DNA of 63,836 bases, the filler included, from Octopus bimaculoides (taxonomy: Eukaryota), in NCBI RefSeq assembly GCF_001194135.2. It is 4 parts of 4 records of this genome, joined end to end, with 100 filler letters (N's around TTAATTAATTAA, not from the genome) between each part and the next. Parts side by side here need not be neighbours in the genome. Positions count along the whole stretch, not along the records: positions 27,614 to 58,748 come from NC_068985.1; 3 more parts are not named here. One strand, 5' to 3'. The notes beneath the pieces are model-generated. The model was not told the origin of the DNA, ran no database searches, and saw only the letters and a list, made by a program, of their open reading frames with translations. Both the position numbers and the translations under genes were made by a program. Of the stretch, positions 32,956 through 46,800 are shown in pieces. Position 1 is the stretch's first letter, and each line of letters begins with the position of its first letter.

Positions 32956-33112
32956 ATAGACAAAACTATACTTAGAGACTGTAAAAGGAGGAAAAATAAC
33001 TTAGTCATGTCATGGATCGACTATCGTAAGGCGTACGATATGATCCCACATTGTTGGATTATGGAATGTATGAACTTATTTGGTATTGCATCGAATGTTG
33101 AGCGATTATTAC
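32956..33112 (+). mobile_element. non-LTR retrotransposon RT fragment, R4/Dong-like (RLE clade)
   Basis: IDKTILRDCKRRKNNLVMSWIDYRKAYDMIPHCWIMECMNLFG, an RT motif A variant (WIDYxKAYD). It begins directly in an (ATA)n repeat. Confidence 0.8.
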
Positions 33113-33297
33113 TAACCGGGTTTCAAAACTTATACATGTTAAAAATAGCAGTCATTTTATCACTCATATTATTTCTCCTTACGATAAAAACTGTCTTCGG
33201 GCGACATGACAAATAGAATCTTCAACTTAAAAGTGACTGGTTAATTCCCTATTGCAATTTCGACGTTAGGGACTTCTTAAGGGACCCATTCGACTCG

Positions 33298-33871
33298 TCA
33301 GGGAAAATATTCCTATAGATAAAAATCAGAACAAGAATTTACCTTGGGGCTAGCATGAATCCCGATCGGCAAGAGAAATGTTTCAAACTCTATCTATACA
33401 TTCAAGATTTGAATTCAAATGCTATGCACAACGCTTATGTGAAAGGCCTGGTAAATTCGAGTCACGGCAAAATCACGGTTTGGGCTACTATTTTTAACAT
33501 GTAAGGGTTTTGAAAGCCTCTTAGTTATAATTGTGACTTGTTCATAATTATAAACGTTCTTCTGTGTTTTATGATAACATGTTTGGCCAGTGATACATTC
33601 ATAAATAATCTTAATTATTTATAATATATTCTCCGTAATGTTTTATTACACTACTTTCTCTAATTATTTCATTTTTCCCAACTCATATCCGGTGATATTG
33701 CTGTGGCTCAAATTTACCGGTCTTTTCACATTAAACGCTGTGCATGGCATTTGAATTCAAAACTTGAATGTGTAGATAGAGGTTCAAACATTTCTCTTGC
33801 CGTTCGGGATTCATGCTAGCCCCAAGGTAAATTCTTGTTTTGATTTTTATCTATAAGAATATTTCCTCTGA
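33298..33871. mobile_element. fold-back element with ~180-bp inverted arms (roughly 90% identical by eye) and a ~210-bp AT-rich spacer
   Basis: 33298-33478 versus the reverse complement of 33689-33871, e.g. AAGAATTTACCTTGGGGCTAGCATGAATCCCGA / TCGGGATTCATGCTAGCCCCAAGGTAAATTCTT. Confidence 0.85.
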
Positions 33872-34589
33872 TAAGAGTTTCACGTTTACTGCGACCGTGA
33901 CGCGAGAACTGTCTTCTTTTAGTTTTCCGGCCATGTTTTATATACATTGAAGGGGAATTATTTTTTTGTGCTTCGTTGTTGTTTACATTTAACGTTTTCT
34001 AAATATTGTTTTAGCAAGACATGAACTGTCGCCTTTTCGTTTGCAAATTCCTTGAGTATTTTCATTATTGTTTTTCAGCCGAAATTGTTTATTTCTATTG
34101 GCCTGTTCAATAGTCATTCAATTTCCAACATGTTTTTCATAATTACATCCTATTTTGCTCATTTATTTCCAGTTTTACTAGGTTTCCTTATCTGGTTATC
34201 CCTTTTTCATTGGTCGTTTCAGTCGTTGACCACCATCCGTTTATCGAGTTTGTGATTCTTATTTTATGTTGCTAAGCTGTACTCGATCTATTCATAAACT
34301 CTTTGAAGTCACTAAAATTGTGTCTATACTATTAGTATATATCTTTGTAGCCTGTAGACTAGTAATGCTTGTATTTTGGTAGTCTGTATGCTACTTGTAC
34401 TTGTATTTTAGTAGTGTGTATACTATTGTTCATGCTCGTATTTTCGTAGTCGTTATACAACTTCTACTTGTATTTAAGTACATACAGCTGTGTACTGAAG
34501 TTGCACAGCACAACTAGCACAACAGGAAATAGGATTAATTTCTGGTTAAGGTATAAAGGCATAATTTTGAGGTGGCGAGGACATCTGCC

Positions 34590-35490
34590 GATTCTATCGA
34601 CACCCAGTACTTGATTGATATTTTCTTTCATTATCCGCGAAAGGATGAAAAGCAAAATTGACCCAGACGTAAATTTAAAGATTGGAAGAAATGCCGCAAG
34701 TTATTTTTACTGCCGCTCAAACGATTTTGTTAGCACACCGAAAATAACATTAATAATACCAACAATAATAATTGTTTCTAATATAGACACAGGAATTAAA
34801 ATTTGGAGAGTTGGTTAGTAGATACCATTGAATGGTATTTTATTTAACCGGCCCCGAAAGGATGAAAGGAAAAGTTGATTTTAGTGAGATTTGAACTCAG
34901 AACGTAAAGAGCCGGGAGAAATGAGGTTAAATATTTTGTCATCCTCGCCAACGACTCTGCCATCTCCCTGCTTAAAACCAGCTCGTCACAAATTTTGGAA
35001 CAATGCCTGGACTTTTGGCAGTCGATTACATTCACCTCAGTACTCGACTGGTACTTTACCTTTCCACCCACGAATGGATGAAATGGATAGTTGATCTCGG
35101 CAGAATTTAAATTCAGAACAGAAAGAGCCAAAATTTGAATTCAGAACAAAAAGAGGCAGAATTTGAAATCAGAAAGAGAAAGAGCCAGAAGAAATCCCGC
35201 TAAGCATTTCTTCCGCCGCGTTAAAGATTGTGTCAGCTCACCGCCCTATCAGAAGTAGTAGTTGCTATTGTTACAGTAGAAGTGGTAATTCAAATTTTGA
35301 CTCAAAGTCAGCGATTTAGAAGTAAGTGTATTAGTCCATGCTATCAAGCGCCAGTGTTCGATTGAACGACACGGAAGGATGAAAGGGAAAGACAACCCCG
35401 TCAGAATTCGAACTCAGAGCGTAACGAACCTGAAGAAAAGCTACTGAACATTTTGTACGACACGTTAACAATACGGCCGGCTCGTCACCT
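34590..35490 (-). mobile_element. head-to-tail cluster of about 4 SINE family A copies
   Basis: All on the minus strand. One copy carries a 28-bp B-box-containing unit repeated three times (35101-35185). Confidence 0.75.
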
Positions 35491-35727
35491 TAGCAGTAGT
35501 AGTAATATACGAGAACATATTATCGGTTTCAACAGATCCTACTTGCTCTATTACAGAAACTTTCTCGGATAGGTGAAGAAAATTTTGTATTTCAATTAAA
35601 ATTTTGTTTAATTAGTTATATATAGTCTTAGCATTGCAATCCATTAAAGGAGAAGATATATTCATATTTATCATGGAGACTTTTCTCTGATTTGTTTTAT
35701 TTTTATGTGTGAAAGGCTGGATAGTAC

Positions 35728-35763
<36 letters not shown>

Positions 35764-36034
35764 GCATACGTATATCTATATGCATGTTTGTCTGCATTCA
35801 TATGCATACAAGTGCGAGCTAGTGCATTCCTATGTGTACGAACTACGAACCGATAACTATAAATTCATGCAAGTGTGAGTGCATGTGACAGTGGTGTGTT
35901 TATAGGTGGTTCTGCGAATGTACGTATGCGCATGCGTGGGAAACGGATGGAAGCATATATTCAGCCTGACTGACCTCTAGGTAGATTGATAGACGGACAG
36001 ACAGACAGACAGACATACAGACAGGCAGACAGAC

Positions 36035-36078
<44 letters not shown>

Positions 36079-36505
36079 GAATGCACATATACATACTTAT
36101 ACACACATAAATATATACGTACACATACAAACATATATATTTACATACATACATGCATGTATGTATGCTTACATACACATACATACATTTATATAACAAC
36201 GTTGTGATTAAAAGTTGGCCGCTATTTACGTCTATCAGTTATCTCCAATCTCAGTTCCGAAATTGCTTTAAATATGATAAAAGCATCGAAGACACACATT
36301 TAATTTTCAGATAAATAGAACACATTCAGCACTTCAGTACTGCAAGAAATACGATCAAGAATATCACTTAGAGCTGATTCAGTGTTTCATGAGATCATTA
36401 CAGGCGCTTAGAGTTTCAATCCCCAATCATCTGATGGTATGAGTCGTTCAACTAATATGGCGGCCAAATAGATATTGGACGATTTCTTCTTCCTTTGCTA
36501 CTTTT

Positions 36506-36557
<52 letters not shown>

Positions 36558-36618
36558 GCTATTGTTGTTGTTGTTGTTGTTATTATCATCATCATCATCA
36601 TCATCATTATTATTATTA

Positions 36619-36657
<39 letters not shown>

Positions 36658-36939
36658 GGTTTCTAAAAATGTGGCTAAAAACAATTCACTGAAAACAATT
36701 ACTGGACACTGGTCTAACGGACTCACTGACTGATTGATTTGTCATTAGTGGACAGTACTGGCGTTATTGGTTGTAAAAGCTGACCATCAAATGAAAGGAA
36801 GCGAATACACGCAGACAATATTGTATATACATACTTCCATCCAGCCCACCACACATACATACATTCATGCGTACATTATATATGTGCGTGTGTGTGGGCG
36901 GGTGTGGGTGTGGATGTGAGTATATATATATATACATAC

Positions 36940-36982
<43 letters not shown>

Positions 36983-37226
36983 NNNNNNNNNNNNNNNNNN
37001 NNNNNNNNNNNNNNNNNNNNNNNNNNNNNNNNNNNNNNNNNNNNNNNNNNNNNNNNNNNNNNNNNNNNNNNNNNNNNNNNNNNNNNNNNNNNNNNNNNNN
37101 NNNNNNNNNNNNNNNNNNNNNNNNNNNNNNNNNNNNNNNNNNNNNNNNNNNNNNNNNNNNNNNNNNNNNNNNNNNNNNNNNNNNNNNNNNNNNNNNNNNN
37201 NNATGAATGGATTGATGGAAGAAGGA

Positions 37227-37271
<45 letters not shown>

Positions 37272-37644
37272 CAGATAGATATCAGTTAGAGAGTGTACAT
37301 ATGTATATATCTGCGTGTGTGCACTATGTTCGGTTGTTGCTTTTGTGCTAAGCAACAGTTTGGTCCCTATGGAGAAATGTTCTGATCAAAGCAGTCTGAC
37401 CATTATTTACACTATTCTTTCTTCCGTTTCTTATTTGAAAATGATGTGCTTTGAATTAAGACGTATTTGGATGCTACTTCTGGCAAAACAAGTGATGACG
37501 TATATGCGTGTGTGTGTGTGTGTAGTTTAACAACATTTAAATAAATGAGAAAATTAAAAGAAAACCAGCTAAATTATAAATTGATACATCTTTAAATATG
37601 AGTGCATTCGTTATTGATGATTATGTATATTCTTTTCTATTCTA

Positions 37645-37815
37645 AGTACGAAGCCCAAAATTTTCGGGGAGGGAGCCAGCAAGTGGTACTGAATTCATCG
37701 AACCCGAAAGGATAAAATGCAAAGTCGACGGAATTTGAACTTAGAACGTAAAGACAGACAAAATACTGGTAAGCATTTCGTCCGGCGTGCTAACGTTTCT
37801 GCCAGCTCGCCGCCT
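37645..37815 (-). mobile_element. SINE family A
   Basis: GAATTTGAACTTAGAACGTAAAGACAGAC...TTTCTGCCAGCTCGCCGCC. Confidence 0.75.
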
Positions 37816-38606
37816 TGATGATTTTGTATGTTAATCAATATATGGATGGATGAATGGACCTGCATGAGAAATCTACCTGTGGGTATTATTTATGATGGTA
37901 TACTTGCATGTGGTGTTTATTTATTTCTACTTGCTTCTCTCATCGGGCTGCTGCCACGCTGGAAACCCATCTTCAAAGGTCTTTAGTCAAACATATCAAC
38001 TCAAGCTCGTATTTCACTCAGGTAATTATTTTAAACGATAACTATTAGCTCAATTGCAAAGTTGAAGACATAATGGGACGTAGTATACCTAAAAACATGG
38101 TTTCCTCACTAGTGTAACTATAAACGCACACAAACACACACGTAACTATATAAATAATAATAATAATATAATATGGCTGTCATTCGCATGCGTGTATGAG
38201 CAGACGTTTCGCCGTTCTACTCTTGATCCAGCATAGCAGCAATCATGTGACGTCCGGAGGGAGTGAGTGCTGCAGAAGCACTCGTTTAGTACACATTGTC
38301 AGTTGATTAGACCGGACAAAACATGAAATGATGTGCTTCGTCGCAAGGCACTTCATTTCACTGCTTCATGTATGTATTTGTGTGTGTATGTATTGTGCAT
38401 AGATATAGTTATAAATTCTATAAATACATATATAAGTTCTGTTGTATACATATTGGCAGCACGATAAAAACGCAGTGTGACGCACAGTGGGATCGAAACT
38501 TCAACTATGTGCTGTTCTGCTAACTTCTTTTATCTGCGCTTATGCATATTTCTATGCGTATGTGAATATATTTATCCATGTATGTGTGAACCTATAAGCA
38601 TGTATG

Positions 38607-38637
<31 letters not shown>

Positions 38638-39067
38638 GTATGTATGTGTATGTGCTATGTATGTATATGTATATATATATGTATATTCATATTATTCCGC
38701 GTATACATATATATGTATGTATGCATGTATGTATGTATGTATGTATGTATGTATGTATGTATGTATGTATGTATGTATGTATGTATGNNNNNNNNNNNNN
38801 NNNNNNNNNNNNNNNNNNNNNNNNNNNNNNNNNNNNNNNNNNNNNNNNNNNNNNNNNNNNNNNNNNNNNNNNNNNNNNNNNNNNNNNNNNNNNNNNNNNN
38901 NNNNNNNNNNNNNNNNNNNNNNNNNNNNNNNNNNGTGAATATATTTATCCATGTATGTGTGAACCTATAAGCATGTATGTATGTATGTATGTATGTATGT
39001 ATGTATGTGTATGTGCTATGTATGTATATGTATATATATATGTATATGCATATTATTCTGCGTATAC

Positions 39068-39101
<34 letters not shown>

Positions 39102-39974
39102 GTGTGTCTGTGTGTATGTATGCATGCATGCATGTATCCGGCTATGTATCCGGTTATGTACAAATATTTAGATAGATATATAGATAGATGGATCGAAGGA
39201 GAGAGCAGTTGATAACTGTTTATAAATGTGTGCATGTTTGAGTGAGCATGCACTATAGGGTGCATGTCCGTATGTACGTACAGAGATCAATAGATGGATA
39301 GATGTTGAAAGGATAGATGGATGGCTGGCTGGTTGGTTGGATGGATTGATACATGAACAGACAAATAGCTGGATGAATGGATGTATATATGGATGAATGG
39401 ATGGACGGTTGGTTGTATTGATGAATGGCCGGGTAATAATACAGATGATCGACGAAATGTAATAAATACAGATATTTATTTCGATAACCCCGACCTTATA
39501 ACCCAAGCGTTAATTAAAGAAACTTCGATACATATATAGATATATAAATACATACATATATATATATATAGATACATATGCGTGTGTGTGTGTGTGTGCG
39601 TGTGTGTGTGTGTGTGTGTGTATGTGAATATATGTACACTTTCATATGTATAAACATATATACATAAATATACGTATGATGTATGCATGTATATGAATAA
39701 ATAGATACACACATGCATATATATGTGTATGTATGTGTGTGTATGTGTGCGTGTGTGTAAATTACATCTATAACCATAGCAAAGTGTGCTGGACTGGAAA
39801 GTTTTACAATAATAATAATAATAATAAATCCTGGTGGTGATGAGAAAGAGAGGGAGGGAGGCGGAGGAGGTAGTTGAGGAGAAGCAGGAGGGGGGAGAAG
39901 AAGGAAAAGGAAAAGGGGAATTTGAGGAACAGGAAGAAGAGAAGAAGGACGACGTTAACAACCACGATGCTGCT

Positions 39975-40029
<55 letters not shown>

Positions 40030-40045
40030 ATGATGATGATGATGT

Positions 40046-40079
<34 letters not shown>

Positions 40080-41572
40080 NNNNNNNNNNNNNNNNNNNNN
40101 NNNNNNNNNNNNNNNNNNNNNNNNNNNNNNNNNNNNNNNNNNNNNNNNNNNNNNNNNNNNNNNNNNNNNNNNNNNNNNNNNNNNNNNNNNNNNNNNNNNN
40201 NNNNNNNNNNNNNNNNNNNNNNNNNNNNNNNNNNNNNNNNNNNNNNNNNNNNNNNNNNNNNNNNNNNNNNNNNNNNNNNNNNNNNNNNNNNNNNNNNNNN
40301 NNNNNNNNNNNNNNNNNNNNNNNNNNNNNNNNNNNNNNNNNNNNNNNNNNNNNNNNNNNNNNNNNNNNNNNNNNNNNNNNNNNNNNNNNNNNNNNNNNNN
40401 NNNNNNNNNNNNNNNNNNNNNNNNNNNNNNNNNNNNNNNNNNNNNNNNNNNNNNNNNNNNNNNNNNNNNNNNNNNNNNNNNNNNNNNNNNNNNNNNNNNN
40501 NNNNNNNNNNNNNNNNNNNNNNNNNNNNNNNNNNNNNNNNNNNNNNNNNNNNNNNNNNNNNNNNNNNNNNNNNNNNNNNNNNNNNNNNNNNNNNNNNNNN
40601 NNNNNNNNNNNNNNNNNNNNNNNNNNNNNNNNNNNNNNNNNNNNNNNNNNNNNNNNNNNNNNNNNNNNNNNNNNNNNNNNNNNNNNNNNNNNNNNNNNNN
40701 NNNNNNNNNNNNNNNNNNNNNNNNNNNNNNNNNNNNNNNNNNNNNNNNNNNNNNTATATATATATATATATATATTTTCATTAATACACGTACGTATGTA
40801 TAATATATTTATGGATGTGTGTGTGTATGTAATATATATATATGCATTCATGTGTTTGCGCATGTGAGCGTGTTTGTGTACGCGCATGTGTATGTGTGTA
40901 TGTGTGTGTGTGCATGTGTTCGTGTGTGTGTGTGTGTGTATGTGTGTGTGTGTGTGTGTGTGTATGACTGCAAACATATATATGTTTGTGTTTATCACTT
41001 TCTTTGTATGATCGTCCGTGTGAAATCTTACATTTTAATATAAGCCCGTTTTTGTGCACACTTGTTTACTATATTCCATTTACATTTTATGATTACCCTG
41101 TATTATAAAACATATTCATGTTTGTCAGATTTATCACACTACATGGTTATCATCTATACTTTTTTTCCCTCTTCTCTTATTTCATAAGTTATGTCGCTTT
41201 TTGCTTTAGTATTTCAAGTCTTCTTCTGCAATAAATTCTTCTGCGTAAACTCCCATATTTCTATAGCATGTAACACTAGCATGGCTTCTTACTGTATTAC
41301 CATGCTATAAGGTTCAATATATTTGGTATTTGTGCCTCAAAAGGATTCTAATATACAGATGATACCACCATTTTTCTATCTAGATGATACGTTCGATTCT
41401 GTTCCTTTACTAACTCAGAAAACACCCATGTTTACACCTTACTATTAACAGAAATCTTGAGAGGTAATATAATTGTATGTGACTATACAGGTCTTATTTA
41501 ATAACACCACTAAACAATCACTAAATATTTCATAGAAGTGGACATACATTCAATGCGGGTATATCTACTAAA

Positions 41573-41743
41573 GAGGTGCTGGCGTGGCTGTGTGGTAAGA
41601 AGCTTACTTACCAACCACATGGTTCCGGGTTCAGTCCCACTGCGTGGCACCTTGAGCAAATGCCTTGTACTATCGCCTCGCGCTGACCAAAATCCTGTGA
41701 GTGGATTTGGTAGATGGAAACTTAAAGAAGCCCGTCGTACATA

Positions 41744-41827
<84 letters not shown>

Positions 41828-42055
41828 AATGTGTCTGGGTTTGTTCTCCCTACTACACTGCTTAATAATCGGTGCTGGTGTGTTTACGTTCCCATAATCT
41901 AGCAGTTCGGAAAAAATGACTGATAGAATATGTACCAGGCTTTAAAACAAATTACTGGAATCGATTCAGTCAACTGAAAATTCTTCAAGGTGGTGCCCCA
42001 GCATGACCGCAATCTAATGACTGAAACACATAAAAGATAAAGATAAAGATAAAGA
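41573..42055 (+). mobile_element. SINE family B, full length, with internal (TG)n and AAAGAT tail repeats
   Basis: GGCGTGGCTGTGTGGTAAGAAGC...GGTTCAGTCCCACTGCGTGGCACCTTGAGCAA...TGACTGAAACACATAAAAGATAAAGATAAAAG. Confidence 0.85.
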
Positions 42056-42566
42056 AAGGTACTAAAGGATACCTTACTGCCCTAAAATCAAAACATTCAA
42101 TTATAATATGAGACTCCATATACTATATTTGAAAAAAGAAGACGGGATGTGGATGGCGAGTGTCTTTGACCAAAGATGAGTTCAGTGTGCGCTGATCTAC
42201 TGAGCAACGATAACGCAATAAACCTCCGCCATACTTTTTCCTTTATTCTATATCATAATAACTGTGTAAAATTGGCTCGTGTCAAACATCTCTTCCACCT
42301 CTTCCTTGTTATATAGTTCAATCTTGCACAAAATGGACAAATATTTCACGGAAATGAGTCATGTAAAGAAAAATGGTGGATGTACACTTTGAGTCTTCTG
42401 TATGTAAGTATATATATCTAAATTATGTACGACTCTTTTACTCTTTCTTTTAACACCCTTCAAACTTTCTTGATTCTTTCCTGCCCTTTTTTGTATCGTC
42501 TAATTGTCCGGATGTTTTGTTGTCGCCTGTTACGCTCTTGTTCCATTTTTTGTTTTGTTTATACAT

Positions 42567-42739
<173 letters not shown>

Positions 42740-43159
42740 AAGAAATAAAGAGAGACAGACAGACGATAGTGCTAGTTGAATATAGTGGAAGTGTAAACTT
42801 ATAAACTGTCAAAAATTTGAACTGATGACTTTAAAGTGGAACGGGACTGAAATTAACTAATAAATCATAGATTGTTAATTAAATCTTTCTGCTTATATTG
42901 GCATAAAAGGGAAAACTTTGCTTGTTATTTATCTGATCATGTGTTGGAGAAACACATACATATGCGTATATATATTGTTTTTTTCTGAATGTGTGTATGT
43001 GAGTGTGTGTAAAGCATATACGTGTGTACTTCTCGTAAGTGTATATGGGAGTGTACATCTAACGCATGAAATTATTACCAATGTCAACGGGAAAAGATAA
43101 AATTATAAAATCCTTTAGATATTTGACCGTCATTTCATTCAGGTGCATTTAAAATATCA

Positions 43160-43372
43160 ATTTCAAATTTTGGCACAAGGCCAGCAGTTTTGGGTGAGGG
43201 GTAAGTCAATTACATTGACCCTATTGCTCAATTGCTACTTATTTTATCGATCCCGGAAGGATGAATTGCAAAGTTGACCAGGGTGGAATTTGAACTCAGA
43301 ACCTAAAGACGGACGAAATACTGCTGAGCATTTTGCCTGTCGTGCTAACATTTCTGCCAGCTCGCCGCCTTA
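43160..43372 (-). mobile_element. SINE family A, full length, older 3' tail type
   Basis: TTTGGCACAAGGCCAGCA...GGAATTTGAACTCAGAACC...CTGCCAGCTCGCCGCC. Confidence 0.8.
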
Positions 43373-45008
43373 GGTTCAGTTAAATTATCAACTGTAAAGG
43401 TTTTCTTGTTATTTCGGGTATCACAGTTCATTTTGAATGCCTCTAGTCGCCTTCATGTCATGAATACATGTCAGTCCTTTTGGAAGAGATAAACCTATTT
43501 TCCATTCAATGTCAAAAAATCTGGCGTTAAAACATGATCTGGGAAGATATTGTGTAAGTGAAATAATTTACAGTATTATTTATCTTTAGATTAATTCCAG
43601 GCAGACAGCTTGTTGTATCATTGAGTGTTTTCACCCGCTCATGTTTATAAAAATAAGACTGTTGTTGACTGATTTAACTCCTTATCTGCTTAAATTCTAA
43701 AAATTAATGACGAAATATGTTCCACGGTTACATCATTCCGTACATATCAATCTATAATATATTTTAATTTTTAAAAAAAACATGTAATATAAGATTCTTT
43801 TTCTAGATTGGGAACAACGACATGCAATCTGTTCTTCCCTTCTTAATACGATACGATGTGATACGAGGGACATTTCACTGCTATTTTCAACAGACTATTC
43901 AGAAATTCATCATTCGTATTCTCTTCTCTGAGAAATTGATCCAGGTCGGAACTAAACAACATCTATTATGAAGCCCGTAGGATACCTGGAAACATTTACA
44001 CGTCTGTATGTTTAAACATGTAAAACAGTATATGATAGATAAATAAACACTATTTAACAAACAAAAACATGTTACTTCTATGTAAACCAATATCTGATAA
44101 GCCTCAGGAAAGCTAGTCAATATATTTTATTTACCAAGACATTTAGTATTAACATACACACGGCACTCTTTCCTGTGTAAATCGCCTTTCAAAAGGAGAT
44201 GGTGAAATTCATACATTGACTCGCTGTATGAATCCTTTCATCTCCAATTCGATAGTCATTAAGTAAATATATAGAAAGACTGAGTAAGCGCTACTGTCTA
44301 CGTTTATCTAAGTAATTTATCTCATATCTCCTGCAAATCCTAATCCATTGCCACATTAAAGCATTTTAACTTTCACCTCGCTTGATCTACGACGACATAA
44401 TTCATTTTCTCCTGTCCGTTGACAAGAACTTCGATTGCATTTACACGCGTTCTTAAACAAACATACACGCATGCACACAAACTTTTCTGTCTCTCTTTCC
44501 TCTCTCTTTTTCTCTCTCTCCTTATATATATATATATATATNNNNNNNNNNNNNNNNNNNNNNNNNNNNNNNNNNNNNNNNNNNNNNNNNNNNNNNNNNN
44601 NNNNNNNNNNNNNNNNNNNNNNNNNNNNNNNNNNNNNNNNNNNNNNNNNNNNNNNNNNNNNNNNNNNNNNNNNNNNNNNNNNNNNNNNNNNNNNNNNNNN
44701 NNNNNNNNNNNNNNNNNNNNNNNNNNNNNNNNNNNNNNNNNNNNNNNNNNNNNNNNNNNNNNNNNNNNNNNNNNNNNNNNNNNNNNNNNNNNNNNNNNNN
44801 NNNNNNNNNNNNNNNNNNNNNNNNNNNNNNNNNNNNNNNNNNNNNNNNNNNNNNNNNNNNNNNNNNNNNNNNNNNNNNNNNNNNNNNNNNNNNNNNNNNN
44901 NNNNNNNNNNNNNNNNNNNNNNNNNNNNNNNNNNNNNNNNNNNNNNNNNNNNNNNNNNNNNNNNNNNNNNNNNNNNNNNNNNNNNNNNNNNNNNNNNNNN
45001 NNNNNNNN

Positions 45009-45044
<36 letters not shown>

Positions 45045-46199
45045 CATCACATCTAAAGAGAGAATTGTAAATTTAGATATGAGTAGGGTGTGTGCATGTA
45101 TTGTGTTCATGTCTATCTCTGTCTGATTCCTCTCTCATTGTGTCTGATATGCTTTTTTTCCACTTTGTCTCCTTCTTTCTCTCTCTTTGTCTCCCACTAT
45201 TTACGTGTGTGTATATGTTTGTGTGTGTGTGTGAGTAGAATATGCTTGTCTGTATATGTATTTGTATATATGTCCTAAGCTGCTCCTCTCACACCTATCA
45301 CACATACACATACATAAACATCGTTCCCTCAATTTTCTCTCCTCCATTCCATTCCGTCCTATTCTCGTCTATCTTCATTAAATGCTTCATATTAACTCTT
45401 GTTATCTTTTTCAATGTATTAACGCTATTTCCACATTTCAACCCTTAACAGTATGATTTCTCTATACTTTCGTTAAGTCTCGTCATACGATGTGTTATTA
45501 GATAAATAAGTGAATTGATGGATGAAATCTTTCTACCGATAGCAACAATCACCTGTGGATTCTCATCATATGAGTTCAATTTGCTAAATAATTCAAAGTG
45601 TTGTCAAACGAAGCGTAGCTTATTTTCGTACATGTTCACAATTATCTCTCCGTAGAAATACTGCTTCGAAAGATCTCTACAGATCTTGGAGTCTGGTGGT
45701 GATTTGTTTGTATAAATTCATGCGTCGCAGTTTCATGTTCATAAATACATACACAAGCACGCATGCACGCACACACACAAATACATACAAACATGCATAC
45801 ATACATACATGCATACATACATACATACATACATACATACATACATACATACACACAAGTTTGTGTAAATAAATGAGTGGAAAATTACCCAATACATGCA
45901 GGAGAATTTACCCACAGAAGTCAATTTGCGTTTCCTCTTTCGAGGTCGTTTCAGATACGCTATCAGTTAAGAACCGGAGTCTATGTGATAACTCAATCAT
46001 TCTCCACCTAGTATTATGCACAAATTAGGAACAATTATTTCGATTAGCATTATTTATTTCGCGTGCGCGCACGCGTGTTTTAATGAAGTAGAAATATTGC
46101 ACGAATATAGATAGAATATATTTTCTTGCAAATCATTTTCGTAAAAAACTCAATGAACATGAAATGAATTCATGTTTAGAGCAATAATATAATGAAATA

Positions 46200-46800
46200 C
46201 AACGATAACTAAAACAACAACGTACTATGAAATATATTCATGTCATATTCAACATACATCTACAGATGCAACGTTTGGGCTAATCGTCATTGTTGTATCC
46301 TGGTGCCACTGCGTCTCTATGTTCAAGGCAGCCAGTAACTCTTGATATGCTTTCCTTCTATACCGATTTGTTTATTTAGCAATTGTTTAGTAGAAAGATT
46401 GATGAATCTTTGGACTTCCTTTACACGATGAGCAAGGTGAAATTGTGAAATTGGTTGATATTCTCAGCTCTCTTTCCTTTCGCTATGTAGACTGCTTCAG
46501 CATATTTCCATGATTGAGTAACCTTCGTTCACTTTTAGATTACCCTCAGAACATTCTAAAACCAATGGAGTAGTTTCAGATGGTTCTTGTAGACCTTCTA
46601 TGGGATTCTACTAGGGGCTGGTGCCGAGTTAGATATTGCCCTTCTTACTACTCCTTTCGCTTCTCACAAGCAAGGCTCCTTCATGTTGAAGTCTACTGTT
46701 GATTCTGGTGATGTTGTAAGTGCCATGCATAAGTCCAGTAGCTGATACCTCGCATTGTCGCTGTAAACACATGTGTGATGCAGTCATCAACAGACAGCAG
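46200..46800 (-). mobile_element. HERO-like (R2 superfamily) non-LTR retrotransposon RT relic
   Basis: DFNMKEPCL*EAKGVVRRAISNSAPAPSRIP*KVYKNHLKLL..VLRVI..SWKYAEAVYIAK..INQFHNFTLLIV..SV*KESISRVTGCLEH. This follows the HERO-type RT0-RT2 pattern SAPGPSGIPYKVYKNCP..WRxAEG..IPK..QFRTISLLNV..GVSGCLEH. Confidence 0.75.

Noticed and set aside
39834-40079. Acidic ORF MVMRKRGREAEEVVEEKQEGG...DDDD
   Set aside because: A purine-rich low-complexity run grading into (GAT)n, open in several frames, with no splice or homology support.
43866-43951. Minus-strand exon candidate SDLDQFLREENTNDEFLNSLLKIAVKCP (also IELYNKEEVEEMFDTSQFYT near 42270-42325 and KLNSYDENPQ near 45553-45583)
   Set aside because: Protein-like, but the splice sites are weak or the segments are very short; the chance expectation in 30 kb is high. 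Worth rechecking only if the minus-strand gene is confirmed.
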